Origin: an uncultured Alphaproteobacteria bacterium
Lineage (GTDB): Bacteria; Pseudomonadota; Alphaproteobacteria; HIMB59
DNA: 64,000 bases
Direction of reading: 5' to 3'
Assembly (NCBI GenBank): GCA_902529795.1
Contig: CABZXY010000001.1
Span: 75,306-139,305 of the forward strand
Part shown: positions 19,654 to 33,307 of the stretch, piece by piece
How the letters are laid out: the number at the start of each line of letters is the position of its first letter
How positions within the stretch are numbered: the stretch's first letter is position 1
Program-made: the position numbers and the translations under genes
The notes under the pieces: generated by a model
Databases searched by the model: none
What the model was told of the DNA's origin: nothing
Seen by the model: the letters and a program-made list of their open reading frames with translations, nothing else

Positions 19654-20520
19654 TTAAAGCACTCGCCCTGCGATATTTTTTAATTTATTTTTAGTTTTTT
19701 TGGTTCTTTTTTCAGGAGCTGTAATTATCGCAAAATCTAAACAGTTATTTGTCGGATCTTGTTTATCGATAAACTTTTCAAAATTTAAAATTAAGTTTTT
19801 GACCACTTTTTTTGCATTTGAACTATTTTGTGAGAGAGTTTCAATAATTTGTTTTACGTCGACATTATCGTGATCAGGATGCCAACAATCAAAATCTGTA
19901 ACCATAGAAATCGAGGCATATCTAATTTCAGCTTCCCTGGCTAATTTAGCTTCTGGCATATTGGTCATGCCAATAACATCCGCACCCCATGATCTATAAA
20001 GTTCAGACTCTGCGAGTGTAGAAAATTGTGGCCCTTCCATTACAAGATAAGTGCCATCTCTTTTATATAAAATTTCTTCTGTTGTAATGGCCTCTTCGCA
20101 AGCATTCATCAAGCCTATTGAGGTAGGCTTAGCCATAGATACATGTGCAACAATATCTTCATCAAAAAAAGTTTTATTTCTTGCAAACGTTCTATCGATG
20201 AATTGGTCAACAATGACAAACATTCCGGGTTTTAGGTCTTCTTTAAGAGACCCTACTGCGGATATTGATACAATATCAGTGGCTCCAAGTTGTTTTAGAG
20301 CAGCAATATTAGCTCTAAAATTAATTTTTGATGGAGATATGAAATGCCCTTTGCCATGTCTAGGTAAAAATAAAACCTCTTTTGACTCAAAAGTAGCTTT
20401 TACTATTTCATCAGATGGGTCTCCCCAAGGAGTTTGAATCTTTAATGAATCTGTTTTAGAGAGCCCTTCAATATCATAAAGACCACTACCACCTATGATT
20501 GCTAACTTATTTTTAGACAA
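19654..20520 (-). CDS. mtnP: S-methyl-5'-thioadenosine phosphorylase
   Basis: IIGGSGLY, LPRHG, MEGPQFST, IGMTNMPEAKLAREAE, VTDFDCW. Confidence 0.93.
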   Translation of the reverse strand: MSKNKLAIIGGSGLYDIEGLSKTDSLKIQTPWGDPSDEIVKATFESKEVLFLPRHGKGHFISPSKINFRANIAALKQLGATDIVSISAVGSLKEDLKPGMFVIVDQFIDRTFARNKTFFDEDIVAHVSMAKPTSIGLMNACEEAITTEEILYKRDGTYLVMEGPQFSTLAESELYRSWGADVIGMTNMPEAKLAREAEIRYASISMVTDFDCWHPDHDNVDVKQIIETLSQNSSNAKKVVKNLILNFEKFIDKQDPTNNCLDFAIITAPEKRTKKTKNKLKNIAGRVL

Positions 20521-20523
20521 TTT

Positions 20524-21300
20524 TTATAAATCTTGAATGCTCATTCCAACTTTATTGTAGCCGTTATCAACGTATAAGATTTCCCCAGTCACACCTTTCG
20601 ATAAATCGCTCATTAAATAAACAGAAGATTTTCCAATATCTTCTAATGATAGGGGTTCTTTGATAGGAGAGTTATCAATCGTATAATTATAAATTTGTCG
20701 GGATTTATTGATAACCGCGCCCGCTAAAGTCCTCATAGGTCCAGCAGAAATGGCATTCACACGAATACCTCGATCACCCATATCTACTGCTAAGTATTTG
20801 ATAGATGTTTCGAGAGCCGCTTTAGCAACACCCATCACATTATAACTTTGCATATAACGAGTTGAGCCATAATAAGTCAGCGCCATGACGGAGGCATTGT
20901 CATTCATCTTCGGTGAAAAAATACGAAGCATTTCTGTTAAGGAGTATGCAGAAATATGAAGTGTTTTTAAAAAATTATCTTTTGTTGTATGAAGATATTT
21001 GCCAGATAATTCATTTTTATCAGAGTAGGCAACAGCATGGACAAAAAAATCAATATTATCTTTCATTCCATCACGAACACTTTCTAATGATGCAGTATCA
21101 GAAACATCACAAGGCATAATTCCTAAACAGTTTATTTTTTGGGAGAGAGGTTCCACTCTTTTTTTAATCGAGTCGTTTTGATAGGTAAGGTACATACTGG
21201 CCCCTTCCTCATGTAAACATTTAGTAATTCCCCAAGCAATAGAGTGATCGTTAGCGATCCCGACTACCAGTCCTTTTTTTCCTTCTAAAACTTTAGTCAT
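20524..21300 (-). CDS. fabI: Enoyl-ACP reductase FabI
   Basis: GIANDHSIAWGI, YNVMGVAKAALE, NAISAGP. Confidence 0.95.
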   Translation of the reverse strand: MTKVLEGKKGLVVGIANDHSIAWGITKCLHEEGASMYLTYQNDSIKKRVEPLSQKINCLGIMPCDVSDTASLESVRDGMKDNIDFFVHAVAYSDKNELSGKYLHTTKDNFLKTLHISAYSLTEMLRIFSPKMNDNASVMALTYYGSTRYMQSYNVMGVAKAALETSIKYLAVDMGDRGIRVNAISAGPMRTLAGAVINKSRQIYNYTIDNSPIKEPLSLEDIGKSSVYLMSDLSKGVTGEILYVDNGYNKVGMSIQDL

Positions 21301-22510
21301 TGTAGCTGGTTATATAAATTGATGCATTCGTCCCACCAAAACCAAAACTATTAGAGAGAATAGAATTGATCGTAACATCATTTTTATTTTCTCTGAGGAT
21401 ATTCATCCCCTCTGCCTGCTCATCCAAAGTAGAAATGTTTGCAGACTCCACCATAAAATTATTTTCCATCATCAATAATGAATAAACCGCCTCTTGAACA
21501 CCTGTGGCGCCTAAAGAGTGTCCAGTTAAAGATTTTGTTGAGCTAATTGGAGGAACGTTTTCTCCAAAAACTTCTTTAATTCCTTTCAATTCAATCATAT
21601 CTCCCGCAGGGGTAGAAGTTCCATGGGCATTGATATAATCAACCGTTCGACCCTGAGTCGCCATGTTCATGCATCGAACAGCTCCTTCACCAGATGGCTG
21701 AACCATATCGTGACCGTCAGAGGTTTGACCAAAACCTTGAATTTCTGCAATAATATTAGCGCCTCGTGATTTCGCACTATCTAAACTCTCGACAACTACA
21801 ACACCTGCGCCACCACCAATGACAAAGCCATCACGATCAGCGTCATAGGCCCGTGAAGCTATTTGAGGTGTATCATTGTACTTGCTCGAAAGTGCGCCCA
21901 TCGCGTCAAATAAAATGGACATCGTCCAATGTGTCTCCTCTCCACCACCAGCAAAAACAATTTCTTGTTGGCCGTGGCGAATTAAATCATAAGCATTACC
22001 AATACAGTGTAAACTTGTAGAACATGCTGAACTAATAGAATAATTTACACCTTTAATTTTAAAGGGTGTGGCTAAAGTTGCAGAATTTCCTGAAGCCATT
22101 CCTCTTGTGACCATGTAAGGACCAATTTTTTTAACACCTTTTTCTCTGGCGATATCGAAAGCTTGCTGCAGTTGATAGGTTGAAGGGCCACCTTGCCCCA
22201 TAACAATACCAGTGTTAATGTTAGAAACTAGCGACTCGTCTAGACCAGAGTGTTCAATAGCTTCTCGCATTGCTATGTAATTGTAAGCAGCACCTTCACC
22301 CATAAAGCGTAATATCTTTCTGTCCACATTTTCTTCTATGTTCACAGTAGGTTTGCCATGAACATGACTTCGCATACCTATTTCTTCATATTCTTTGCAG
22401 TAACTAATGCCTGACTTAACTTCTTTGAGACTTGTTAAAACTTCTTGTTTATTATTTCCAATACAAGAAACAATTCCATAACCGGTAATAACAACTCTTT
22501 TATTACTCAT
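21293..22510 (-). CDS. fabB: 3-oxoacyl-ACP synthase I
   Basis: SISSACSTSLH, NAHGTST, KSLTGHSLGA, SFGFGGTN; fabA-fabB-fabI order. Confidence 0.95.
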   Translation of the reverse strand: MSNKRVVITGYGIVSCIGNNKQEVLTSLKEVKSGISYCKEYEEIGMRSHVHGKPTVNIEENVDRKILRFMGEGAAYNYIAMREAIEHSGLDESLVSNINTGIVMGQGGPSTYQLQQAFDIAREKGVKKIGPYMVTRGMASGNSATLATPFKIKGVNYSISSACSTSLHCIGNAYDLIRHGQQEIVFAGGGEETHWTMSILFDAMGALSSKYNDTPQIASRAYDADRDGFVIGGGAGVVVVESLDSAKSRGANIIAEIQGFGQTSDGHDMVQPSGEGAVRCMNMATQGRTVDYINAHGTSTPAGDMIELKGIKEVFGENVPPISSTKSLTGHSLGATGVQEAVYSLLMMENNFMVESANISTLDEQAEGMNILRENKNDVTINSILSNSFGFGGTNASIYITSYND

Positions 22511-23018
22511 TAAATAAACCTACTTTGAGATCATTGGCGTGATAAATTATTTTATCTTGATGGATGATTTGACCATCGCCATAACCAATTGAGAAACCTT
22601 TTTTGCTCATGGACTTTTTAATATTAACTTTGTATTGAATGAGTTGCTTGTCTGGTTTAATTTCTTCAACAAATTTTATTTCACCAACACCTATAGCTCT
22701 TCCTTTACCAGGGTGGCCGAGCCAGCCTAAATAAAAACCTAACATTTGCCATAGGGCATCGAGACCTAAACAACCTGGCATTACAGGATCTCCTAAAAAA
22801 TGACATTCAAAAAACCAGAGATCGGGTTTAATGTCTAATTCTGCAACGATTTCGCCTTTTCCATGCATTCCTCCATCTTTGTTGACTTGGGTAATTCTGT
22901 CAAACATAAGCATCGGCGGTGCCGGTAATTGAGCATTTCCTGGGCCAAAAAGATTTCCTTTTCCGCACTCAATTATCTCTTCATAACTGTAACTAGATTG
23001 AGGTATGAAACTGTACAT
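22503..23018 (-). CDS. fabA: 3-hydroxydecanoyl-ACP dehydratase/isomerase
   Basis: LPAPPMLMFDRI, CHFLGDPVMPGCLGLDA. Confidence 0.95.
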   Translation of the reverse strand: MYSFIPQSSYSYEEIIECGKGNLFGPGNAQLPAPPMLMFDRITQVNKDGGMHGKGEIVAELDIKPDLWFFECHFLGDPVMPGCLGLDALWQMLGFYLGWLGHPGKGRAIGVGEIKFVEEIKPDKQLIQYKVNIKKSMSKKGFSIGYGDGQIIHQDKIIYHANDLKVGLFNE

Positions 23019-23019
23019 T

Positions 23020-23772
23020 TTAATGCGGACAATTAATGTCAGCTAATTGTAGTTTGTTTATGTCTGATGTCAAAAGGTCTATCAAGTTGATTTCACTCTT
23101 TAAATCATTCGATGAATTAGCAAGTGCAAAAATAATTTTTGTACACGCAAGACTCGTTACAAATCCAGCTACAGGACCGATCATAGCACTATTTAAACAT
23201 CGATGATTGACATCTGTTTGTGGAAACAAACAGGCAAAGCAAGCTGTAGAATTTTTTTTGTAATTTTGAGAAAAATAAATTCCTTCTGTTGAATTAATTG
23301 AAATAGAAACATATGCAATTTTATTTTTTTTTGAAATTTGTGAGGATAAAATTTTATTTTCATGATTATCAGTACAATCAAAAACAAGATCGAAATTTTG
23401 ATTTACATTATCTTTTAAATAGTTCTCATAAGTAGTTTGATGACTAATAATTTTAGTAATGTCATTTATTCTTTGAAGCTTATTTTTGGACACTTCGCTT
23501 TTAAATGCCCCCACATCTTTTAGCGTATAATTAATCTGTCGATGTAAGTTTGACTCTTCAATTTGATCAGGATCAATTAAATGAATTTCTCCAATACCTG
23601 ATCGAACAAGATATTGTGAGGCAACAGTCCCTAGAGCACCCAAACCGATTATGCACACTTTTCTTTTTGATAGATTAAGTTGTCCTTGTTCGTCAATGCC
23701 TGGAACAAGAATTTGACGACCAAATTGTTCAATTAAATTATCACTTAGTTCCGGTTGAGCCAAATCCTCCAC
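23020..23772 (-). CDS. ThiF/MoeB family adenylyltransferase (start uncertain)
   Basis: [27 protein letters not shown]. Confidence 0.85.
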   Translation of the reverse strand: MEDLAQPELSDNLIEQFGRQILVPGIDEQGQLNLSKRKVCIIGLGALGTVASQYLVRSGIGEIHLIDPDQIEESNLHRQINYTLKDVGAFKSEVSKNKLQRINDITKIISHQTTYENYLKDNVNQNFDLVFDCTDNHENKILSSQISKKNKIAYVSISINSTEGIYFSQNYKKNSTACFACLFPQTDVNHRCLNSAMIGPVAGFVTSLACTKIIFALANSSNDLKSEINLIDLLTSDINKLQLADINCPH

Positions 23773-24193
23773 TTCCTCTCTCAGAACTAGCTAGTTCTTT
23801 TACTAATTTAAATTGTATCCGTTGGTATTTTGCTACTACCATTTGGGCAATCCGCATTTCATGTTCGATGACAAAAGCATCATCTCCGTGATTAATTAAG
23901 ATGACTTTAATTTCTCCACGATAATCAGCATCAATAGTTCCAGGACTATTCAAAACTGTAATTCCTTGTTTTAGAGCAAGACCACTGCGAGGTCTTATTT
24001 GTACTTCAAAACCCTCTGGAATTTCAAAATAAAGACCAGTGCTTACTAGCACTCTGTGTTTAGGCTCCAGTGTAATGCTTCCATCAGGCAGGTAAGCCCT
24101 TAAATCCATGCCAGCGCTAGCATTGGTTTCATAAGTAGGAAGTTCGATAGAGTCATTAGCAACTCTGACTTTCATTTCAATAAAACTACTCAT
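23741..24193 (-). CDS. dut: dUTP diphosphatase
   Basis: [36 protein letters not shown]. Confidence 0.96.
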   Translation of the reverse strand: MSSFIEMKVRVANDSIELPTYETNASAGMDLRAYLPDGSITLEPKHRVLVSTGLYFEIPEGFEVQIRPRSGLALKQGITVLNSPGTIDADYRGEIKVILINHGDDAFVIEHEMRIAQMVVAKYQRIQFKLVKELASSERGSGGFGSTGTK

Positions 24194-24827
24194 TCTCTAA
24201 TTTTAATATATGTCGTAGGATTTGATTAGCAAAGGAGGTCTTAGTCACATTTCCTATTTGATGATAATGACCTTTTTTATTAAAAACACCCCCGTTGTTA
24301 TACTTATTATCGAAAATATTATTTTTGGAGATGGGATAATTTAATACAAGATAATCACAGTTTTTCTTTTTTAATTTTTTTAATGCATTAGCTTTGACAT
24401 CATTCGTTTCATAAGCAAAACCTACTGTTATCCGAGGACCAGAGGAGATATTGCTAATTGTTTTTAGGATATCTGGGTTATTTTTTAATTTTAAAGTAAG
24501 GTTTTTATTTCTTTTGATTTTTTGTTTTTGATAATTCTCCACTCGATAGTCTGCTACTGCTGCATTAAAGATGGCGAGATCTACATTTTTATTTTTTTTT
24601 GCAGCCTTTAACATACTTTCCGCATTTGGAGTAAAAATATAAGAAATTTTTTTAGAAACGATGGGCTTTACTTGAAGATAGCCATGAAGACAAATCACTT
24701 TAAAGTTGTTCTTAATCAGACTTTTAACTAACGCCATCCCTTGTTGACCAGAAGACTCATTCGTAATATAGCGAACTGGATCGATATATTCACGAGTAGA
24801 ACCAACAGTTATGAGAGCAGTTTTCAA
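24186..24827 (-). CDS. coaB: Phosphopantothenate-cysteine ligase (stand-alone CoaB)
   Basis: [40 protein letters not shown]. Confidence 0.88.
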   Translation of the reverse strand: MKTALITVGSTREYIDPVRYITNESSGQQGMALVKSLIKNNFKVICLHGYLQVKPIVSKKISYIFTPNAESMLKAAKKNKNVDLAIFNAAVADYRVENYQKQKIKRNKNLTLKLKNNPDILKTISNISSGPRITVGFAYETNDVKANALKKLKKKNCDYLVLNYPISKNNIFDNKYNNGGVFNKKGHYHQIGNVTKTSFANQILRHILKLENE

Positions 24828-25346
24828 TTAACTGAGTTGTTTTAAAATTTCAATTGGATCAACTAAACGACCACTTCCATATTCACCGCATGCAAGCGAG
24901 CCATCATCTGGGCCAATAAAATGATGGCCATGATCTTTTAAAAGCTGAACATTTTTTTGTATCAGTGAGTTTGCCCACATTTCTTTGTTCATAGCGGCAG
25001 CGATATATATAGGTTTATTTGCAGCAATCATACAAGTTAAGGCCAGGTCATCGCAAAAGCCTTGAGCAAACTTAGAAACGAGGTTAGCTGTTGCTGGATA
25101 TACAACAATATGTGTATTGTCTCTGGCTAATTGAATGTGTCCAATATTTTTTTCCATATCAAGATCAAAAAGTTCGCTATAAACTTTCTTTCGACTGATC
25201 GACTCTAGTAATAAAGGTGAAATAAACTCAAAAGTATTCTTGGTCGCAATAATTTCATAGTCGATTGATTGCTTTTGAAACTCTCGAATGAGATCCAATG
25301 CTTTATAGCAACCAACACTACTGGATATAATTAATAAGATTTTCAT
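24828..25346 (-). CDS. coaC: Phosphopantothenoylcysteine decarboxylase (stand-alone CoaC)
   Basis: GHIQLA, PATANL, AMN, GSLACGEYGSGR. Confidence 0.88.
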   Translation of the reverse strand: MKILLIISSSVGCYKALDLIREFQKQSIDYEIIATKNTFEFISPLLLESISRKKVYSELFDLDMEKNIGHIQLARDNTHIVVYPATANLVSKFAQGFCDDLALTCMIAANKPIYIAAAMNKEMWANSLIQKNVQLLKDHGHHFIGPDDGSLACGEYGSGRLVDPIEILKQLS

Positions 25347-26044
25347 TTTTTCTGCACTATATATATGTTGTTAGCGCCTGAAAGGAAATCAATAGTTTCG
25401 ATATGTGTAAAACCTATGTTTTCCAATTCATTTTGAACTTCGTTTGGAGAGGGGAAGGCTTTGATACTGTCTGCTAGATATTTATAGCTATGACGATCTT
25501 TAGCAACAATACTTCCACTGAAAGGTAAAAAATAATCAAGAAAAGCCTGGTAGGGTTTTTTGATAAGATTAGCCTTAGGCAAACCAAACTCCATAAATAA
25601 AAAATATCCATTTTTTTTTAAACATCGAAAAATCTCTTTGAAGCCTTGTTGTCTGTTTTCATAATTTCGCACACCATAGGTACATGAAATAATTTGGAAA
25701 AAATTATTTTTGTAGGGAAGTTTTTCAGCATATCCAACTTGATATTGAATATTTTTATCAGCATTTTTTTCTTGAGAGACTCGATGCATCTGTTCGACCG
25801 GATCTATGGCATATAAATTTTTTTTAAAAGGAAGTAATTGAAAAATATCACCTGTACCACTAGCAATATCTAATATTTTTTCTGTTTTTTTATATTTGGA
25901 TATTAATAAATCAGCATAATATTTTTTCCATAGTCGATGGACGCCAAAGCTCATGACATCATTCATGAGGTCATATTTAGCATGAGAAACAGTTTCAAAA
26001 ATATCTGTTATATTATAATTATTTGAATTACTTTTATTTTGCAT
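25343..26044 (-). CDS. ubiE: Ubiquinone/menaquinone C-methyltransferase UbiE
   Basis: KYDLMNDVMSFGVHRLWK, LDIASGTGD, YGVRN, YKYLADSI; ATG at 26044 chosen because the longer ORF is only the antisense of mutM. Confidence 0.88.
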   Translation of the reverse strand: MQNKSNSNNYNITDIFETVSHAKYDLMNDVMSFGVHRLWKKYYADLLISKYKKTEKILDIASGTGDIFQLLPFKKNLYAIDPVEQMHRVSQEKNADKNIQYQVGYAEKLPYKNNFFQIISCTYGVRNYENRQQGFKEIFRCLKKNGYFLFMEFGLPKANLIKKPYQAFLDYFLPFSGSIVAKDRHSYKYLADSIKAFPSPNEVQNELENIGFTHIETIDFLSGANNIYIVQKK

Positions 26045-26861
26045 GCCTGAGCTACCTGAAGTAGAAACTACAATAAGATATTTAGATTCAAAAGTTAATG
26101 GAAAAAAAATTTTATCCATTAATGCATCTAAAAAAAAACTACGAAAAAACTTACATATAAAAAATTTTCCGGTTATTGAAGGAAGTATTATTAAATCTGT
26201 TGATCGAAAAGCGAAATATATTGTTCTTACTTTAAAGCCTCTTAGATATTTAGTCATTCATTTAGGAATGAGTGGACGATTAAAATTTTTTAATAAAAAA
26301 AACTATACTAATGAAAAACACGATCATGTTGTCATGAGATTTTCTCAATTCAATGTTGTCTTTAATGATCCAAGACGTTTTGGAATGTTTTTCATGTTAG
26401 AAGATGATCGAGAACTTAAATATTTTTTTCAACATTATGGCGTAGACTTATTACTTGATCCTATTAACTACGAAAATTTTTTTCTTATCTTTCAAAAAAA
26501 GAATGTTTCTTTAAAACAAATACTTTTAGATCAACGAGTCTTTGTGGGCATTGGTAATATTTATGCTAATGAAGCCCTATTTCATAGCCGACTTCACCCA
26601 GAGCGAAAGTCAAATACATTGAGCAAAGCTGAAATTAAGCAATTAGTGCGCTCTTGTCGTCATGTTTTAGAACTTTCATTAAAAAATGGGGGCTCATCAA
26701 TCAATGATTATAAATCTCCTGATGGAACTTTAGGCAGTTTTCAAAATATGTTTCAGGTTTATCAACGAACAGAAGTTATGCTGAAAAAAAAGTGCTACGA
26801 GGTAAAAAAAATAGTACAAAATGGTCGTTCAACTTTTTTTTCTCCGACTTTACAAAAATAA
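26043..26861 (+). CDS. mutM: Formamidopyrimidine-DNA glycosylase
   Basis: MPELPEVET, HLGMSG, NDPRRFG, GIGNIYANEALF, GRST. Confidence 0.95.
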   Translation: MPELPEVETTIRYLDSKVNGKKILSINASKKKLRKNLHIKNFPVIEGSIIKSVDRKAKYIVLTLKPLRYLVIHLGMSGRLKFFNKKNYTNEKHDHVVMRFSQFNVVFNDPRRFGMFFMLEDDRELKYFFQHYGVDLLLDPINYENFFLIFQKKNVSLKQILLDQRVFVGIGNIYANEALFHSRLHPERKSNTLSKAEIKQLVRSCRHVLELSLKNGGSSINDYKSPDGTLGSFQNMFQVYQRTEVMLKKKCYEVKKIVQNGRSTFFSPTLQK

Positions 26862-26920
26862 AAAAATCTATATAAGTTACTAACGCAATTAGAAGAATAA
26901 CCTGTTAATAAAATAAATAC

Positions 26921-27187
26921 ATGCCACAACATAAATCTGCAAAAAAAAGATTACGTCAATCTGAAAGACGTAGAGTTGTCAATAAAAGTGTAAAATCTAA
27001 CGTAGCAACCCAATTAAAAGCTATCGATAAGCTGATCAAAGACAAAAAAGTAGAGGATTCAATGGCAAAACTTAAGGAAGTTATGTCGGTGTTGCATAAA
27101 TCTACTCAAAAGAAGATCATGCATTTAAATAAAGCTTCCAGAACAATTTCTAAACTCCAAAAAGACATCTCAGCAATTTCAAAATAA
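26921..27187 (+). CDS. rpsT: 30S ribosomal protein S20
   Basis: KSAKKRLRQSERRRVVN, HLNKASR; mutM-rpsT-dnaA synteny. Confidence 0.93.
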   Translation: MPQHKSAKKRLRQSERRRVVNKSVKSNVATQLKAIDKLIKDKKVEDSMAKLKEVMSVLHKSTQKKIMHLNKASRTISKLQKDISAISK

Positions 27188-27292
27188 TTTTTTTTTTCAA
27201 GAATTTTTTTTTATAAAAAAAAATTTTTTTTATTCTTCATTTCGTCTTTTCATGTTTAAATACATGTCGTTCAGAGGAGAGGTGACATAACC

Positions 27293-28660
27293 GTGGCAGA
27301 CGATATTGATCAAGAAGTAAATGTTTCTTGGAGTTCTATTACATCTGAGTTAAAAAAATCTCTCGATAAAGATACTTTTCAAAACTGGATTAAACCTATT
27401 CAATTTGAGTCTCTTCTTGATACCTCATTAACTCTCTCAGTTCCCACTCGTTTCCTGCGAGATTGGATTATTAAGAATTACGCACCCGTGATCAAGCGCG
27501 CCTATCTCGATCAAGACATCACAATTAATAAGCTTTCAATTCTTGTAAAAGAAAATAACAATCGCGTCATTCCTGGTACAGAAGTTGTACATCAAGACAA
27601 AGAAGAAGATGGAGATGATCATTATTATGATGATATTTCTGCACCACTCGACCCACAGTTTACTTTTGATAATTTCATTGTAGGTAAACCTAATGAACTT
27701 GCATATGCAGCTGCGCAACGCGTGGCTCAATCTGAAGTTGTAAGTTTCAATCCACTATTCTTATACGGAGGTGTGGGTTTAGGTAAAACTCACCTTATGC
27801 ATGCTGTTGCTTGGAATATTAAAAAAAGAAATCCTAAAAAGAATGTTGTCTATTTAACTGCAGAAAAATTTATGTATCAATTCATTAAAGCACTTCGCTT
27901 TAAGAATATAATGAGCTTTAAAGAACAATTTCGCTCAGTAGACGTGCTGATGATTGATGATGTCCAATTTATTATCGGTAAAGATAACACCCAAGAAGAG
28001 TTTTTCCATACATTCAACACACTTGTTGATAAGAAACGTCAGATTATTATCTCTGCAGATAAATCCCCAGCAGACTTAGAGGGCTTAGAAGACCGATTGA
28101 AATCAAGATTAGGGTGGGGATTAGTGGCAGACATTCATCCACTCACATATGAACTGAGATATGGCATTATTGAAGCTAAAGCAGAGCAAAAAAATATCAA
28201 ACTGACTGGCGATGTTATGGAATTTTTAGCTAATAAAATAACCAATAATGTTCGTGAGATGGAAGGGGCACTTAACCGTTTGGCAGTTCATGCATCTCTT
28301 CAAGAGTCAGAGATTACAGTTGATCTAGTTAAAGATGTTTTAAAAGATTTACTTCGTACTAACTCTCGCAAGATCACTATTGATGAAATCCAAAAGAAAG
28401 TGGTGGAGCATTACAACATCAAATTATCAGACATGCACTCTCCGCGCAGATCTCGATCTGTTGCTAGACCTCGTCAAGTAGCGATGTATTTAGCAAAGTC
28501 GATTACCACTCGTTCGCTCCCTGAAATTGGAAGAAAATTTGGCGGTAGAGATCATACTACCGTGATCCATGCGATCAAAACTATTGAAGAAATTATGGTA
28601 AATGATCCTAGTCTTGCAGAAGATATTGAACTTTTGACTAGAATATTGCAAACTTCCTAA
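27293..28660 (+). CDS. dnaA: Chromosomal replication initiator DnaA
   Basis: NPLFLYGGVGLGKTHL, IDDVQF, QEEFFHTFN, RPRQVAMY, GGRDHTTV. Confidence 0.98.
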   Translation: MADDIDQEVNVSWSSITSELKKSLDKDTFQNWIKPIQFESLLDTSLTLSVPTRFLRDWIIKNYAPVIKRAYLDQDITINKLSILVKENNNRVIPGTEVVHQDKEEDGDDHYYDDISAPLDPQFTFDNFIVGKPNELAYAAAQRVAQSEVVSFNPLFLYGGVGLGKTHLMHAVAWNIKKRNPKKNVVYLTAEKFMYQFIKALRFKNIMSFKEQFRSVDVLMIDDVQFIIGKDNTQEEFFHTFNTLVDKKRQIIISADKSPADLEGLEDRLKSRLGWGLVADIHPLTYELRYGIIEAKAEQKNIKLTGDVMEFLANKITNNVREMEGALNRLAVHASLQESEITVDLVKDVLKDLLRTNSRKITIDEIQKKVVEHYNIKLSDMHSPRRSRSVARPRQVAMYLAKSITTRSLPEIGRKFGGRDHTTVIHAIKTIEEIMVNDPSLAEDIELLTRILQTS

Positions 28661-29770
28661 ATGGATTTCCGAGTTAGCCGTGAGGCCTTTTTAAGGGTTC
28701 TCACTCATGTCAGTTCTATTGTCGACAGTCGCTCGACTATACCAATCCTCTCTAACATTTACCTAAAATGTGAAAATAATCAGATCGAAATTAGATCTAC
28801 TGATATGGACATCTCTATTCGTGAATTTGTCTCTTGTGACTCTACAAAAAATGGAGAAGCAACTGTGAACTCACGTATTTTAACTGACATTATTCGAAAA
28901 ACAAAAAAGAACTCGATTGTTAAATGTAAATTGGAAGGTAATCGCTTAATCATTAATTCAGATAACTCTGTTTTTGAATTAAATGCTTTATCTGCTGACG
29001 AGTTTCCAAAGTTTGTCCCTTTAGATCCAACGAATTCATTTGAGTTAACTATTCCTCAAATGAAAAGACTTTTTAATAAAACAAAGTTTGCGATTTCTGC
29101 TGAAGAGACAAGATATTATCTTAATGGGATTTATTTTCATACCGTTGCTAATGGTTCCAAAACTGCTCTTCGCTGCGTAGCTACTGATGGACATCGATTA
29201 GCTAAAACAGAATTAGACTTATCTAATGCTGTGAATATTGCAGGAATTATTTTACCCAGAAAATTCATTCTTCAATTAGACCGCATTTTAGGTGACTTTG
29301 AAGGTAAAGTGAAAATGATTTGTACTGATACCCAAGTGAGCCTTGAGGCAGATAATTTTATTATTATCAGTAAATTAATTGATGGAACATTTCCCGATTA
29401 TGAAAAAGTCATTCCAGTTTCAAATGATAAACTACTTCAAGTGGAAGCAGAGCCTTTCTTTAATGCTATTGATCGTGTTTCCACCGTCAACCAAGACAAA
29501 ACTCCAACAGTGAAATTGCAGTTTGAAAACAACAACATTAAAATTATGGCTACCAGCACCGATAGTAATAAAGGGGATGAAGAGGTAGCTGCGAGTTATG
29601 CGGCAGAGGCTTTAGAGATACTGTTTAATTCAAAATATATTTTAGACTTACAAGATGTCATAGAGGGAGAGACCATGATTTTAGAATTGTTAAATCAATC
29701 GTCTCCGGTGATCGTAAAAGATCCTAAAGATTCCATGAGCCTATACATTTTGATGCCAATGAGAATATAA
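28661..29770 (+). CDS. dnaN: DNA polymerase III beta clamp
   Basis: TIPILSN, EETRYYLNG, ATDGHRL, SKLIDGTFPDY, MPMRI. Confidence 0.97.
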   Translation: MDFRVSREAFLRVLTHVSSIVDSRSTIPILSNIYLKCENNQIEIRSTDMDISIREFVSCDSTKNGEATVNSRILTDIIRKTKKNSIVKCKLEGNRLIINSDNSVFELNALSADEFPKFVPLDPTNSFELTIPQMKRLFNKTKFAISAEETRYYLNGIYFHTVANGSKTALRCVATDGHRLAKTELDLSNAVNIAGIILPRKFILQLDRILGDFEGKVKMICTDTQVSLEADNFIIISKLIDGTFPDYEKVIPVSNDKLLQVEAEPFFNAIDRVSTVNQDKTPTVKLQFENNNIKIMATSTDSNKGDEEVAASYAAEALEILFNSKYILDLQDVIEGETMILELLNQSSPVIVKDPKDSMSLYILMPMRI

Positions 29771-33306
<3,536 letters not shown>

Positions 33307-33307
33307 G

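Noticed and set aside
26045-26257. 71-aa N-terminal extension of UbiE in the ORF track
   Set aside because: It is the antisense of the conserved mutM start, not UbiE-like sequence
27188-27292. oriC next to dnaA
   Set aside because: AT-rich but no DnaA boxes seen; alphaproteobacterial origins are often unlinked from dnaA
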